64,000 nucleotides of DNA from a virus, in the IMG/VR virus record IMGVR_UViG_3300017971_000203. One strand, written 5' to 3'. Below the pieces are notes generated by a model. That model was given only the letters and a program-made list of their open reading frames with translations. It did not search any database and was not told the DNA's origin. Shown here piece after piece: positions 1 through 8,726 of the stretch. Numbering within the stretch: the first letter of the stretch is position 1; the number at the start of each line of letters is the position of its first letter. Made by a program: the position numbers and the translations under genes.

Positions 1-1701
1 GGTGAACTGATCACGACCCCATTCGTTGGGATCCGTGAACGTTCCATCCGCCCCCTGTGCCCACAGCGCCTCGGGACCGCCGGCAGGCCAGGTGTACTTC
101 GTCTGGTCGCCGAAGTCCGCCGTGTGGGCGGTCTCGACCGGCGCCGCGTAGTACATCACCGTCACCAGGGTGTTGGCGTCGGCTGCCGTGTCCAGCGTGA
201 CATCGATCGCGCCATCGGTATAACCGATGGTGTTTGTTCCAGCGGCGTCGACATCTCCGGTCAGGTTCCCGGAACCATCATCGATGATGGTCTTCGCAGC
301 TCCACCGGAAGTGTAGGAGATCGTGACAGTGCGGGGCTGCACTGGCACCTCGCCGAGATCCTCCTGAATGAGGGGTAGTCCGGTCGCTGTCCCGTCGCCT
401 CCAGCGGCGAGGACACGAGACATCAGCCGCGTGTTCAGAGCGCCGGGAACTTCATCTCCACCAGGCTCCGTCACAGCGATGATATCGGACAGGTCGTTGA
501 GCACGTCCGGGAAGTACTTCCCAGAAGTCGAATCCGAAAAATCGACCTCCTCGTACTGCTCCTGCACGGAGTAGCCGCCCAGCGACGTGTTGTAGAGCCA
601 GACGTTGACGTTCCACGCCGAGTACAACCCGGTGTCCGCATCGTAGTTGTCGACGTTACCCTCGACCGTCACCCGGATGTCGTCGCCCCAAGTCCCAGCA
701 CTGATAGGGTTCATGTCCCAGGCATCGATGATGTAGTCCACCAAGATTGGGGACCCATCATGCGGAGCCGTGGTAGCCGTGAAGTCCCAGGCCCCCGTCT
801 CGTAGTCGATGTTGCCAGCGGACACATCACCGGCCAGAGTCCCAGCCGTCGCCGAGTCGTCACAGCCCTTGTCCACAGACGCCGGGGTGCACGCAATGCC
901 GATCGCCGCCGCATCAGGGACCTCCGTGACATCGAAAGTCACCGTGAAGATGCCCGTGACACAGTCCAGAGTGGCCACCGTACCTGCCACCGTACTCCCG
1001 GTCATCGTTCGACCATCCGCAGCCAGCGTCGTGAAGTCGAGCGTGGTAGGAGCCGCACCTACGAGCCAGTCGAGCTGAGTCGCGGCCGCCGAAGTGTCCG
1101 GCACGATCGCCAGGAGCTTCTCATCGATGCCGTCAAAGTCCGCCGCGATGGTTGGGAGAATGCCAGGAGGCACTCGACCTTCGAAGCTGAGCTCGGCACC
1201 ATCTCCGACAAGCAGAGTGGTTCCATCCCGCTCGACGCACTGCGTCGAAGCGACAGGCGTGTCCGCCTCGCGCCACCGGATGGACATGCTGAAGGGCACG
1301 ATCGGCGTGTCGCCACCGTTCACCTTCAGCTGGGTGGTCAGGGCAGTCTCCGAGAACACCGTCTGGGATCCATCGCCCGTGTCCAGCTCGAAGTCGTACT
1401 GAGCCGACTGGAGCTTGGCTTCCGACATATCAGCGTCGCCAGGCACGACACGAACAACGTAGGCTCTACGCCCTCCATTTGCGAAGTACGCCGCCATCGC
1501 CAGCGGCAAGTAACTGTTCTGCGTCAAGTCACCGAACAGGCGCGTGAACTGCTCGAAGCTCGTAACAAGCGTGGCTTCGTTCACAGGACCTTTCGTGGTG
1601 AACCCGACGACACCGAGATTCGAAGTCGACACCCCCTGGACCACTTGGACCTGGGAGGGAATCTCCTCGATGAAGACTCCAGGAGCGAGCAGCTCGGCCA
1701 T
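1..1701 (-). CDS. Tail sheath protein (3'-truncated by window edge)
   Basis: Manual translation from ATG at 1701: MAELLAPGVFIEEIPSQVQVVQGVSTSNLGVVGFTTKGPVNEATLVTSFEQFTRLFG, the classic sheath N-terminus. Absent from the ORF track because it runs off the window. Confidence 0.93.
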   Translation of the reverse strand, partial: MAELLAPGVFIEEIPSQVQVVQGVSTSNLGVVGFTTKGPVNEATLVTSFEQFTRLFGDLTQNSYLPLAMAAYFANGGRRAYVVRVVPGDADMSEAKLQSAQYDFELDTGDGSQTVFSETALTTQLKVNGGDTPIVPFSMSIRWREADTPVASTQCVERDGTTLLVGDGAELSFEGRVPPGILPTIAADFDGIDEKLLAIVPDTSAAATQLDWLVGAAPTTLDFTTLAADGRTMTGSTVAGTVATLDCVTGIFTVTFDVTEVPDAAAIGIACTPASVDKGCDDSATAGTLAGDVSAGNIDYETGAWDFTATTAPHDGSPILVDYIIDAWDMNPISAGTWGDDIRVTVEGNVDNYDADTGLYSAWNVNVWLYNTSLGGYSVQEQYEEVDFSDSTSGKYFPDVLNDLSDIIAVTEPGGDEVPGALNTRLMSRVLAAGGDGTATGLPLIQEDLGEVPVQPRTVTISYTSGGAAKTIIDDGSGNLTGDVDAAGTNTIGYTDGAIDVTLDTAADANTLVTVMYYAAPVETAHTADFGDQTKYTWPAGGPEALWAQGADGTFTDPNEWGRDQFT

Positions 1702-1777
1702 TGATCATCCTCCTACGTTCGCATGGTGCGACAGGTCTGTCTCGACTCCAAAACCGTCGAGCCGGTTTGCTTAGGTC

Positions 1778-2125
1778 TCAACCCTTCCCCTTGCGCGTCG
1801 TTGACTTCGGCTTCGACTTGACCTTGGCCTTGGCCTTGGCCTTCGGCTTTGGTTTCGGCTTCAGAGCCGGCGGCTCCTCCGGCGCCGCCTCCTTCACCGC
1901 CTCGGGATCTGGAGAGACCGGGGCGGGCTTCGGCTCCGGTTCAGGAGCCGGTGCAGGGTCTGGTCGATAGACCAAAACCCCATTCCGCACCGCGCGCAAG
2001 AGCTCCGCCGAGCCCTCCAGACGTTTTTCCACGGGTGTCCACCGCTTCGCCGCGAAGTGTGCAGTCGTACCATCTCGTAGGGTCAAAGACCGCCCCCCTC
2101 GAGCCTTGTTGTAATACCTGCCCAT
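1778..2125 (-). CDS. Hypothetical protein with Pro/Lys-rich tail
   Basis: RBS GAAAGGAG; lies in the tail operon; low-complexity PAPEPEP/KPKPKAK C-terminus. Confidence 0.65.
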   Translation of the reverse strand: MGRYYNKARGGRSLTLRDGTTAHFAAKRWTPVEKRLEGSAELLRAVRNGVLVYRPDPAPAPEPEPKPAPVSPDPEAVKEAAPEEPPALKPKPKPKAKAKAKVKSKPKSTTRKGKG

Positions 2126-2141
2126 CTCCTTTCCACCTCGC

Positions 2142-2903
2142 CTACTGGTCTACGGTACTCCGAATAGCCGTAACTGCAGTGTGCCGCACGGGGTCTTCCA
2201 AGTCCAGTTCTGCCTCGATACGAATAGACACAGAGAAAGCAATCACGCGGTCTGTCGGTTCCCCGAACTCATCCTGTGGTCCGACACTCTCGAGGAACAC
2301 ATTGTAGTAGCGCTTGTCCCCGACACTGTCCACCACCAGCAAGTGACTATAGCTGTGAGCGCGGAACCTCTTCAAGACGTGGTTCAAAATAGCGTTGGCC
2401 TGATTCCTCGGGCCTGACTGCAATCTCCCACCCCGATTTCTTGCCGTGATAGTGAGCGAATACGAGAGGTCCCAGGGATCCGCCTGCGTCACCTCTTCGA
2501 TCTCACTCCACCCTTCCGAATAGACTTCTCCGAACACCTCGTAGCGAAGTCTCTGGGCTCCCGGCGCTGCCGTCCTGTACTGCTTGAGCCCTGGGTGCCT
2601 CCGCTGATTCGCGGGCTCCATGTTGTCTCTTCGGATCATGATATTCGGAAACTTGAACTCCTGCAGCCGATCGTCCGGGCTCGCAAAAACGATAGGAACA
2701 CCAGGCTCCCCCATCGGAGGGCACACGCCTGGGATCCCTGTGAGGTAGTACTTGTCCCCGGCGATCCCGGGATCCTGGCTGAGCTCCCCGCCCAGAGTCA
2801 GAATGACGCCCTGGTCGAATTCACGGAGGCCCACGGTGCCGTTACGAGCCGCACCACGCCGCCGTTCATCCTTTGTCCCCTGGTTTTCGTTCACCCCAGG
2901 CAT
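2142..2903 (-). CDS. Tail terminator/sheath stabiliser (T4 gp15-like)
   Basis: PIVFASPD...FPNIMIRRD pattern; position between neck and sheath genes. Confidence 0.6.
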   Translation of the reverse strand: MPGVNENQGTKDERRRGAARNGTVGLREFDQGVILTLGGELSQDPGIAGDKYYLTGIPGVCPPMGEPGVPIVFASPDDRLQEFKFPNIMIRRDNMEPANQRRHPGLKQYRTAAPGAQRLRYEVFGEVYSEGWSEIEEVTQADPWDLSYSLTITARNRGGRLQSGPRNQANAILNHVLKRFRAHSYSHLLVVDSVGDKRYYNVFLESVGPQDEFGEPTDRVIAFSVSIRIEAELDLEDPVRHTAVTAIRSTVDQ

Positions 2904-2907
2904 GAAC

Positions 2908-3474
2908 CTATCCAGTCACAAGCTCCGGCACGCGCTCCTCGAGCCCAATGAGAGACGCCTGAGCCATCCACACAGACATCCCAGACTGATCGTCCAGTCC
3001 TGGCAGGGGCGGCAAGTAGCCCGCTTCACAGAGGGCCTCAGAGGCCTTCCCGAGTGCTTCCACGGCACACTCTCTGTCACAGTCGCGGGCATCCTGAACA
3101 GACACAACGAGACTTTCCAGGTACTCCTCGAAGCACTCCCCCACGGAAGCTCTTTCCGGGAGGGCCTCTTCCCCGGGGGTCTCTGCTCCTTCCTGTTTGG
3201 AAGCAACCCCCTTGAAAGTCTTCCCGAGATTGTATTGCTTCAGGAAAAGCCGATCCGAATTGCTTCGGTCTTCTTCCTGCTTCGACCTGATCTCGGCCGC
3301 CCTCTTGTCGGCCTGTCGCCAGTCCTCCGCAGTCATCGGCTTCTCGGGATCGAGCCCGAGAGACTTCCGAAGGCCGCCCTCCTTGATCTTCATGTTCTGG
3401 AAGGGCTTGCCCTGCCCCTTCTCCGCGAGCCCCTCCCGGATGCCTTCCAGGACTGCATTCATCTGAGCGTTCAT
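2908..3474 (-). CDS. Hypothetical protein
   Basis: Tiles the operon; RBS GAGGGGG. Confidence 0.6.
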   Translation of the reverse strand: MNAQMNAVLEGIREGLAEKGQGKPFQNMKIKEGGLRKSLGLDPEKPMTAEDWRQADKRAAEIRSKQEEDRSNSDRLFLKQYNLGKTFKGVASKQEGAETPGEEALPERASVGECFEEYLESLVVSVQDARDCDRECAVEALGKASEALCEAGYLPPLPGLDDQSGMSVWMAQASLIGLEERVPELVTG

Positions 3475-3492
3475 GTGTCCCCCTCGCCCGGA

Positions 3493-4308
3493 CTAAAACC
3501 GGAAGCCAAGCATCTTCTGGAAGCGCTCGTAGTCCCGCAACCCCGAAGCGCCGATACCCGGAGCCGAAGCCTCCCGACCCCACTCCCGATACCACGGATC
3601 CTGCATCGTGCGGCGCCAGTCCCGCCGATTCTTGGCGAAACCGAAGAAGCCCGATCCCCGCAGACGCCGTAACGCCGGTCTCCAGTGCATCTTCCCACGC
3701 ACATCCCCAAGACCGAACTCCAAACGGATCGCCTCGAACGCAACATCGGGAACAGCCCTGGCGTCGGGCATCGTTTTCTTCTTCCTCTTCCCAGCATCCC
3801 TAATCCCGAGACGGGCCAACAAGAGCTTCCACTCCGAAGCGTCCTTCTGACGCTGCTTCGCGATCTTCTGAACTTCCCGCTGCGTCATCTTCCGCGACAC
3901 CATAATCGCTTCAGACTTCTTCGGGAAAAATGGAATGGTATCCAGAGTCCACGGAGAAAAGCGCGCCAACACAAGCACTTCCTCGGAAGGCCTCTTCGGC
4001 GGCCTATGAGATCGAACATACAAAGCGACCTCTTTACCGTCAACTCTCCGAATTTTCTTGGCCTTTTGGCGTGTCCGTATAACCCACGCCTCCTCCCCCT
4101 CGGAGAGTCCGGTCGCTTTCGCCAACTCCAGGGACTGCTTGTAAGCCTTCCAGTTGTCCCCGGAAGGGATGTCCTGCCGTATCTCCTCCAGCACCTTCGT
4201 CGCCACATCCCGGGGAACAGCGGACAGAAGAGCCGCCGTCCGATCTGGCCACTCCCGAACCAGCTTCAAGACCTGTTGGAACGACCGCGTTGGCTTGATC
4301 CGGATCAC
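3493..4308 (-). CDS. Putative neck/tail morphogenesis protein (HK97 gp10-like C-terminus)
   Basis: LEFGLG...MHWRPALRRL resembles the EFG...P.WRPA motif; synteny. Confidence 0.45.
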   Translation of the reverse strand: MIRIKPTRSFQQVLKLVREWPDRTAALLSAVPRDVATKVLEEIRQDIPSGDNWKAYKQSLELAKATGLSEGEEAWVIRTRQKAKKIRRVDGKEVALYVRSHRPPKRPSEEVLVLARFSPWTLDTIPFFPKKSEAIMVSRKMTQREVQKIAKQRQKDASEWKLLLARLGIRDAGKRKKKTMPDARAVPDVAFEAIRLEFGLGDVRGKMHWRPALRRLRGSGFFGFAKNRRDWRRTMQDPWYREWGREASAPGIGASGLRDYERFQKMLGFRF

Positions 4309-4823
4309 GACGCCGCCAGCTCCTTCTCCGTCTCAGCAATCCTCTCCCACAGGGTCTGCCGCCGGGGTCCCAAGAGCTGCACCACCGTGACGAGGCGCTG
4401 TCCGTCCTTCAGAACCACCGGAACGTTTGGAGTATCCCTGTGAACGGGCTGCATCGACCGGAGATACTCCACATGCTCCTCACACACCCCCACGATGCGC
4501 TCCCGACCACTCACCAGGATACCGTACTTTGACTCACGCGCACACACGAAACACCAATCCGAGAAACGGCCCTCCGACATAGGACCCTCGTACTCATGGA
4601 ACGTGTCCCCTTTGATCGGACCGCCGCAGTCATCCACTGCTGTGCATCGGGTCCCAGGCAGTCCGAACTCGCGCCCGCGCCAGAACCTCAAACACACGGC
4701 GCACACCGGCGAAACGCCCTGCGCAACGTAGACTGCCACCCGGTCAGCGTTCACGGGCACTCTCCAGTCGTCCCCTGCCCGAAGAGCTTTTGCTCCGGTG
4801 GATAGGAAGTGTAGCGTCGGCAC
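4305..4823 (-). CDS. Cys-rich putative zinc-binding protein
   Basis: CAVC, CTAVDDC, CFVC and CEEH motifs. True start may be downstream of 4823. Confidence 0.55.
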   Translation of the reverse strand: MPTLHFLSTGAKALRAGDDWRVPVNADRVAVYVAQGVSPVCAVCLRFWRGREFGLPGTRCTAVDDCGGPIKGDTFHEYEGPMSEGRFSDWCFVCARESKYGILVSGRERIVGVCEEHVEYLRSMQPVHRDTPNVPVVLKDGQRLVTVVQLLGPRRQTLWERIAETEKELAAS

Positions 4824-5389
4824 TCGAGAGTGAACCCGACAAACGCAGGGCCATCGAAGAGGTGCCCGTCATCCGCAGCCTGGATCACGTCGAAAAAGTA
4901 CCCCCCGAAATTTGGGTCACTCCGGATCACAGACGCCTGATCGAAAAAAGGCAAATCCCAGAACTCGATGATGTCCCCCTCCACGGGAGAAGGCACGCCG
5001 CGCCTCTCCATCTCGACCCGAGCGATCCAGACGTTACACCGGAACTCAACCGCCGCCCCCTCCTCTCTCGTCTCCCCCGTACTGGTCGGATACGACACGA
5101 AGGCATCGATCTCGTAAGGGCCCTTGTAAGCAAACGAGATGGGCTCCCCGTAGACCGGGTCATAGACCGTGTTTGACTGGTCCTGAGCGTAATACTTGAG
5201 CTTCGTGCCAGCGATAGCTGTGTGTTCTTGAGCCCACAGGTCAAAGAGCTCCAACTCCCGATCATCCAGGTACATCGGAGCTGTCCCCACCTCGACCCCG
5301 TGGTCCTGTCCGAGCCCATGGGAATCTCCGGGGCCACCACCAGGAGCCATGAGGAAGTCGAGATCTGGGACGTTGTGGTGCCTCTTCAT
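4751..5389 (-). CDS. Neck/head-closure protein (T4 gp14-like)
   Basis: DPVYGEP and PVEGDII motifs; directly follows the gp13-like gene. Confidence 0.7.
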   Translation of the reverse strand: MKRHHNVPDLDFLMAPGGGPGDSHGLGQDHGVEVGTAPMYLDDRELELFDLWAQEHTAIAGTKLKYYAQDQSNTVYDPVYGEPISFAYKGPYEIDAFVSYPTSTGETREEGAAVEFRCNVWIARVEMERRGVPSPVEGDIIEFWDLPFFDQASVIRSDPNFGGYFFDVIQAADDGHLFDGPAFVGFTLECRRYTSYPPEQKLFGQGTTGECP

Positions 5390-5393
5390 GAAC

Positions 5394-6149
5394 TCAACCC
5401 GTGATGAACGGCAGCGGGTAGTTCGCCTTCTGCAAGTCTTCCTTCAGCTCCCGAAGCTCTTCCATCCCTTCCTGCTTGAGCTCGGAACCGTTGAGCTGCC
5501 GTTCGCCCTGAGCCCCAGGGAAGCTCGGATACTTGCTCCGATTGCCTCCCACGATGACCTTGAGCTTCGCAAGCACAAAGCGCCGAATGAGCTCGAAGTC
5601 GAAGACCTCCAGCTGATTGAACGTCACCGACGTTGACTTGTAGGTGATCTCCATCTCGTAAGCGCTGCGCGGCTGAGGAAGCACCAAGAGCTTGCGCTCT
5701 ACGGGATCAAACTGCCAATTGAGATCCGAAGACAGCACACGTTTCGCCGTCTCAGTGTACTGGATGGACTGCGCCAGACTCGAATACAGACCTGCACTCT
5801 CCGGTGCCGCGAAGATATCGTAGGGGATCTTCTCATCGCTCACCAAGTAGGGAGCAAAGACCAGGGTGAAGTCATACGGACTTCCTGGGAACGCAAGATC
5901 GAGCACCATGTCACAATCATCCGGGACATCGTACTCGACCACGCCCTCCGTCAAAGAGATCCGCGCCTTGCGGATCACACCCTTACCCTGGACGTACCAG
6001 AGCTTCGCGTCTTCGATGATATCGGCCAGCTGCGAAGGATGGACCTCGACCTTCAGGATCGGCGCTCCCAGCTGCCGAAGCGCCCACCTGACGATCTGCT
6101 CCTCCGTCATCAGGTTGTTCCGCGGACGAGTCGTGGTCATCACCGTCAC
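5394..6149 (-). CDS. Neck/head-tail adaptor (T4 gp13-like)
   Basis: LRQLGAPILKVEV..QL and LNGSELKQEG match gp13 motifs. Confidence 0.8.
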   Translation of the reverse strand: MTVMTTTRPRNNLMTEEQIVRWALRQLGAPILKVEVHPSQLADIIEDAKLWYVQGKGVIRKARISLTEGVVEYDVPDDCDMVLDLAFPGSPYDFTLVFAPYLVSDEKIPYDIFAAPESAGLYSSLAQSIQYTETAKRVLSSDLNWQFDPVERKLLVLPQPRSAYEMEITYKSTSVTFNQLEVFDFELIRRFVLAKLKVIVGGNRSKYPSFPGAQGERQLNGSELKQEGMEELRELKEDLQKANYPLPFITG

Positions 6150-6151
6150 AG

Positions 6152-6499
6152 TCAGCCCTCCAGCAACCGGTTGATCTCACGAAGAACAGTCTTCCGGTCC
6201 TTACGCGGCGCCTCATAGTCCCGGATCATGCGCAGCTCGCCTTCGTCAAAGTCCTCTGTCTCCAGGATGTCCAGGATCTCCCGGGCTGTCAGGTCGTCAT
6301 ACTCCTCGATGGGGAAGAGGGTGCTTTCCTCCTTCCACCCTTCGTCCACGACCGCGGTCCGGGTGGTCTCCCCAGGGAACGTGACCACCTCCTCAAAGAG
6401 CTCCGGGTGGACTCTCGCCACCTCCTCCGGGACCGAATCCCCGGGCCGCACCCGACCCTTGTAGAAGAATTGGACTCCATCATCCTTCTTCACGAACAT
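6152..6499 (-). CDS. Hypothetical protein with small helical C-terminal domain
   Basis: Start MFVKK after GGAGG; C-terminal YDDLTAREI...YE..RKDRKTVL helical module. Confidence 0.6.
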   Translation of the reverse strand: MFVKKDDGVQFFYKGRVRPGDSVPEEVARVHPELFEEVVTFPGETTRTAVVDEGWKEESTLFPIEEYDDLTAREILDILETEDFDEGELRMIRDYEAPRKDRKTVLREINRLLEG

Positions 6500-7037
6500 G
6501 CCGCACCTCCGCGCCCTCCCTGAGAGCTCCCATACCCAGATAATCACCGAAGCCCTGCTGCTGCGATTGCGGCGGTCGTGCCGCCGCAGGCGCCTCCCCA
6601 GGGCTCATCAACTCCTGCAGCACTGTCGCCTCGGCCTGGCTCCGAGGCGTCGGGTCTGCGAAGCGGCCCACCGTGGCCGGCAGCACCTCCTGGGCCTGGG
6701 GATCCCGCATCGGATACGCACTCCGCTCCAGCACAGGACGCCCCTTCGGGCGAACCGCCTTCTGGAGGCCAGGGCGCGCCTGACGCGGAGCAGGCAGGCC
6801 GCCTGTTCCCAAATCTTGTCGGAGCGCCACGAGACCGGCCCTCAGCTCCGCCAGCTCCCCCGCGATCGTATCCAGCCTCCCGATGGTCGCGTCCACGGCT
6901 TCCACCAGGACCGCTCCGCGATCAACTTCGGGCCCCTCCTCCACCACAGGCTCTGCCTGCGGCTCTTCCAGAGATGGGGGCTTGAGCACACCCAGCCCAT
7001 GCAACTGCTCAAGAACCTTCTTCGCCTTTCCTGCCAT
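6480..7037 (-). CDS. Hypothetical protein
   Basis: Start MAGKAKK after RBS GGGAG; first gene of the neck operon. Confidence 0.6.
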   Translation of the reverse strand: MAGKAKKVLEQLHGLGVLKPPSLEEPQAEPVVEEGPEVDRGAVLVEAVDATIGRLDTIAGELAELRAGLVALRQDLGTGGLPAPRQARPGLQKAVRPKGRPVLERSAYPMRDPQAQEVLPATVGRFADPTPRSQAEATVLQELMSPGEAPAAARPPQSQQQGFGDYLGMGALREGAEVRHVREEG

Positions 7038-7187
7038 CACCGTCTCCCTTCTGTCCGGATCGGACGATCCCAACTGCCCTGACTCGACTGTAGCGCGTCG
7101 TGCGGCGTGTCGTCCAGACAAGTGACAACGGTCCAGTATAGTCGCCCGCTCGAACAAAAGAAAAGCAGGCCTACGTCACGGTCGAGC

Positions 7188-7216
7188 TTTACACACGCTG
7201 TGATGTATGGTAGCGT
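7188..7216 (+). promoter_or_regulatory. Sigma70-type promoter for the leader/tRNA operon
   Basis: TTTACA-17 nt-TAGCGT with TG extension. The same TAGCGT -10 occurs at 55031 and 61088. Confidence 0.65.
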
Positions 7217-7262
7217 CAATTCGTTGGCTGGGCTCCTCCTCCAGTCACATCATGGTGAGACG

Positions 7263-7328
7263 ATGATGTCATTGCTTTCCAGTTACCTACTTCATCATTC
7301 GGCCCTGCCGAAGGGGGGTGCTGCGTAA
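7263..7328 (+). CDS. Attenuator leader peptide MMSLLSSYLLHHSALPKGGAA
   Basis: 21-aa ORF after GGTGAG. Codons 3-13 are only Ser/Leu/Tyr/His; the 3' part is complementary to the terminator 5' arm. Confidence 0.75.
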   Translation: MMSLLSSYLLHHSALPKGGAA

Positions 7329-7357
7329 GCACAGGTTCTGACACCCTGGTTCCAGTC

Positions 7358-7396
7358 AGCCCCTCTCGGCAGAAGTCGGGAGGGGCTTTCTGATTT
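7358..7396 (+). terminator. Attenuator intrinsic terminator
   Basis: 13-bp stem AGCCCCTCTCGGC/GTCGGGAGGGGCT, AGAA loop, then a T-rich run (TTTCTGATTT). Confidence 0.8.
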
Positions 7397-7397
7397 C

Positions 7398-7485
7398 GGG
7401 GGTTGTTCCCGCCGGCGGGCTGTAAACCCGTTGTCTTGTGAAACAGGTGGGTGGGCGACGAGAGGTTCAATTCCTTCAACCCTCA
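7398..7485 (+). tRNA. Atypical tRNA-Tyr(GTA)-like RNA, 8/4 fold, no canonical D-arm
   Basis: Acceptor GGGGGTTG/CAACCCTC; anticodon arm GGCGGG-CTGTAAA-CCCGTT; T-arm GAGG-TTCAATT-CCTT. Confidence 0.7.
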
Positions 7486-7557
7486 AACGCAGGCCTTGCG
7501 CGTGGGTTCGAATGCAAGCATAGTAGACAGTTCGAACCTTCGCGCAGGAGCACTGCA

Positions 7558-8067
7558 ATGACCACACGCCGAACCAGCACCGAAGAACGCATCAAGGACG
7601 CACACCGAAGGGGCTACCGAATTCGAAAAGACGGAAAAGTCATAGGGCTCAACGGTCGCATACTGAAAGTGCGTACAACCGGAGGGACCCCCTACCCGAA
7701 GTTCAACGTCGCCAAGCCCAGTCAGGGATCCATACCCGTCCATCGCTTCGCCGGGTTTCAATGGTTCGGAGAGATCGTGTTCCGGCCCGACATCCAAGTG
7801 CGCCATCTGGACGGAAACCCGTTCAATAACTCCAGAGACAACCTAGCCTTCGGAACCGCCAGCGAGAACATGCTCGACAGACCCGAAAAGGACCGAGCAG
7901 CTATCGCAAAGTACGCTGCATCACATCGCAGACGTTTGACAGAAGCACAAGTAGCCGAGCTCCGATCAATGCGGGACAACGGCGCCACCCTAGCAGAACT
8001 GGTAAAGGCCTTCGGAATAGCCAAATCAACCGTCTCCTACATCGTAAACCGAAGGACGTACAAGTAG
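7558..8067 (+). mobile_element. Free-standing HNH homing endonuclease with C-terminal HTH
   Basis: VHR...VRHLDGNPFNNSRDNL..GT.SEN motif; C-terminal helix-turn-helix; RBS AGGAG; inserted in the tRNA cluster. Confidence 0.88.
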
Positions 8068-8104
8068 GAGCCGTGGGTCTTTGACAATCGAGGATCTTCC
8101 GTCA

Positions 8105-8189
8105 GGAAGGAGCCACTGAGTGGTCAGTAACCGGTCTCGAAAGCCGGGGTGGGCACCGCGTCCCAGGGGTTCGATTCCTCCTCCTTCCC
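8105..8189 (+). tRNA. tRNA-Ser(CGA), 8/4 allo-tRNA-like
   Basis: Acceptor GGAAGGAG/CTCCTTCC (8 bp); 4-bp T-stem; 5-bp D-stem ACTGA-GTGG-TCAGT; long variable arm; anticodon 8138-8140. Confidence 0.8.
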
Positions 8190-8190
8190 T

Positions 8191-8266
8191 CGCCTCGTAG
8201 CTCAACTGGTTAGAGCGCCGGGTTGTGGTCCCGGAGGTGCGGATTCGAGTCCCGTCGAGGCGCCCA
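8191..8266 (+). tRNA. tRNA-His(GTG)
   Basis: Cloverleaf, anticodon 8225-8227, C73 plus encoded CCA. Position -1 is T, not G. Confidence 0.9.
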
Positions 8267-8340
8267 GCCATCGTAGTCCAACTGGAAGAGACGCAGGGTC
8301 GAGGGCCCTGATGTTGCGGGTTCGACTCCCACCGACGGCA
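8267..8340 (+). tRNA. tRNA-Leu(GAG), short variable loop, C33
   Basis: CAGGG-TCGAGGG-CCCTG anticodon arm; T-loop TTCGACT; one acceptor mismatch. Confidence 0.72.
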
Positions 8341-8381
8341 CTTGACTTTCGCCTCACCCCTCCCCCGGCTATCCTGAGCCC

Positions 8382-8630
8382 ATGAGGTGGAAGATGACCC
8401 TCATCCGAAGAACAGAAGAAGAAGACGCACCGGGGCTGGATGATCCCCCTCTCCAGGTAGGCGACGGTCTACTGGCGCTCTGGTGCTCGGGCTCCGGGGC
8501 CACCAGGTACCTGCCCAGGGAATTCATCGACGGGATCGTCGCAGACCCGACCTTGTTCTCCCGCCTCGTGGACGAGCTCCAGGAAGAGCTCAAAATGGTC
8601 CACGCCTGGAAATTCCGAAAGCCGGTGTGA
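8382..8630 (+). CDS. Hypothetical protein between two tRNA-Leu(GAG) copies
   Basis: 82-aa ORF whose stop lies inside the 5' end of the next tRNA. Confidence 0.5.
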   Translation: MRWKMTLIRRTEEEDAPGLDDPPLQVGDGLLALWCSGSGATRYLPREFIDGIVADPTLFSRLVDELQEELKMVHAWKFRKPV

Positions 8631-8694
8631 TCCAACTGGAAGAGGTGCAGGGTCGAGGGCCCTGTTGTTGCGGGTTCGACTCCCACCACCGGCA
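8621..8694 (+). tRNA. tRNA-Leu(GAG) second copy, short variable loop, C33
   Basis: Perfect acceptor GCCGGTG/CACCGGC; anticodon arm and T-arm identical to the 8267 copy. Confidence 0.75.
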
Positions 8695-8696
8695 TT

Positions 8697-8725
8697 GCCC
8701 CCGTAGCCCAGAAGGCAGAGGCCCC
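8697..8725 (+). pseudogene. Truncated tRNA 5' fragment
   Basis: GCCCCCGTAGCCCAGAAGGCAGAGGC has acceptor 5' strand and D-arm only. Confidence 0.55.
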
Positions 8726-8726
8726 G

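Noticed and set aside
7307-7350. Y RNA-like GCCGAAG motif
   Set aside because: Better explained as the antiterminator strand; no Ro60/TROVE gene in the window.
8081-8110. TTGACA upstream of tRNA-Ser as a second promoter
   Set aside because: No plausible -10 box at 16-18 nt. If it were active, it would weaken attenuator control of the distal tRNAs.
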